Assembly: GCA_041389005.1 (NCBI GenBank)
Contig: JAWKSR010000001.1
Coordinates: 102,465 to 166,464, forward strand
Direction of reading: 5' to 3'
Length of the DNA stretch: 64,000 nt
Origin: Minisyncoccota bacterium
GTDB lineage: Bacteria > Patescibacteriota > Minisyncoccia > Phycocordibacterales > UBA918
The notes beneath the pieces were generated by a model that saw only the letters and a list, made by a program, of their open reading frames with translations, was not told where the DNA came from and ran no database searches. The translations under genes were made by a program, and so were the position numbers. The number at the start of each line of letters is the position of its first letter. The first letter of the stretch is position 1. Of the stretch, positions 63,945 through 64,000 are shown piece after piece.

Positions 63945-64000
63945 TAGACAAAATGACACTAGAGGAAACACAACAAAGAATTCTTACCTCAGACGAATTT

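Overview
This 64-kb window looks like a reduced-genome, Patescibacteria/CPR-like bacterium. That placement is an inference from gene content: short UvrC, AtpH, AtpC and AlaRS, an archaeal-type AspRS, almost no Shine-Dalgarno sequences, and many small membrane proteins. Standard code 11 fits. Nearly all genes are on the + strand. In order: uvrB, a Lys-rich membrane protein, uvrA, uvrC; a UDP-sugar-dehydrogenase-like gene, ddl, tRNA-Ala(UGC); the full F1Fo operon atpBEFHAGDC; an RND pump plus adaptor (minus strand); a flavodoxin-fold reductase; ychF; two tiny membrane peptides; DUF3467-like and GIY-YIG genes (minus strand); leuS; a sigma-region-4/HARE-HTH protein; mltG; mnmA; an ATP-cone/nuclease fusion; a Cas4-like nuclease; an HD (p)ppGpp-hydrolase-like protein; pepF; alaS; infA-rpmJ-rpsM-rpsK-rpsD-rpoA-rplQ-rplM-rpsI; grpE-dnaK-dnaJ; an accessory stretch (IMPACT family, DMT transporter, homospermidine-synthase-like, SET domain, histidine kinase); trpS; aspS; pepA. 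Main observations: (1) About two dozen genes are broken as sequenced, including essential single-copy genes (atpA/G/D, leuS, alaS, dnaK, trpS, aspS). The lesions are small frame-shifting losses plus three in-frame nonsense codons. They concentrate in atpD and in a continuous 49.7-63.0 kb block. This is either unpolished sequencing error or very recent wholesale decay, and I cannot tell which from the sequence. (2) A ~90-nt structured element occurs twice in the atp operon, after atpE and after atpD, with compensatory base-pair changes between the copies. A third long hairpin abuts the atpH start codon. (3) A T-box-like leader with a short Stem I precedes aspS. (4) A promoter- and terminator-bounded ~140-nt candidate sRNA with a CCUCCC loop lies upstream of ychF. 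Strong SD sequences appear only in front of tiny hydrophobic ORFs. (5) A 730-bp ORF-poor, hairpin-rich gap upstream of grpE remains unassigned. No CRISPR array, reverse transcriptase, transposase or integrase was recognised. I found no convincing multi-gene novel system. The closest candidates are the atp-operon RNA element and the ATP-cone nuclease neighbourhood.
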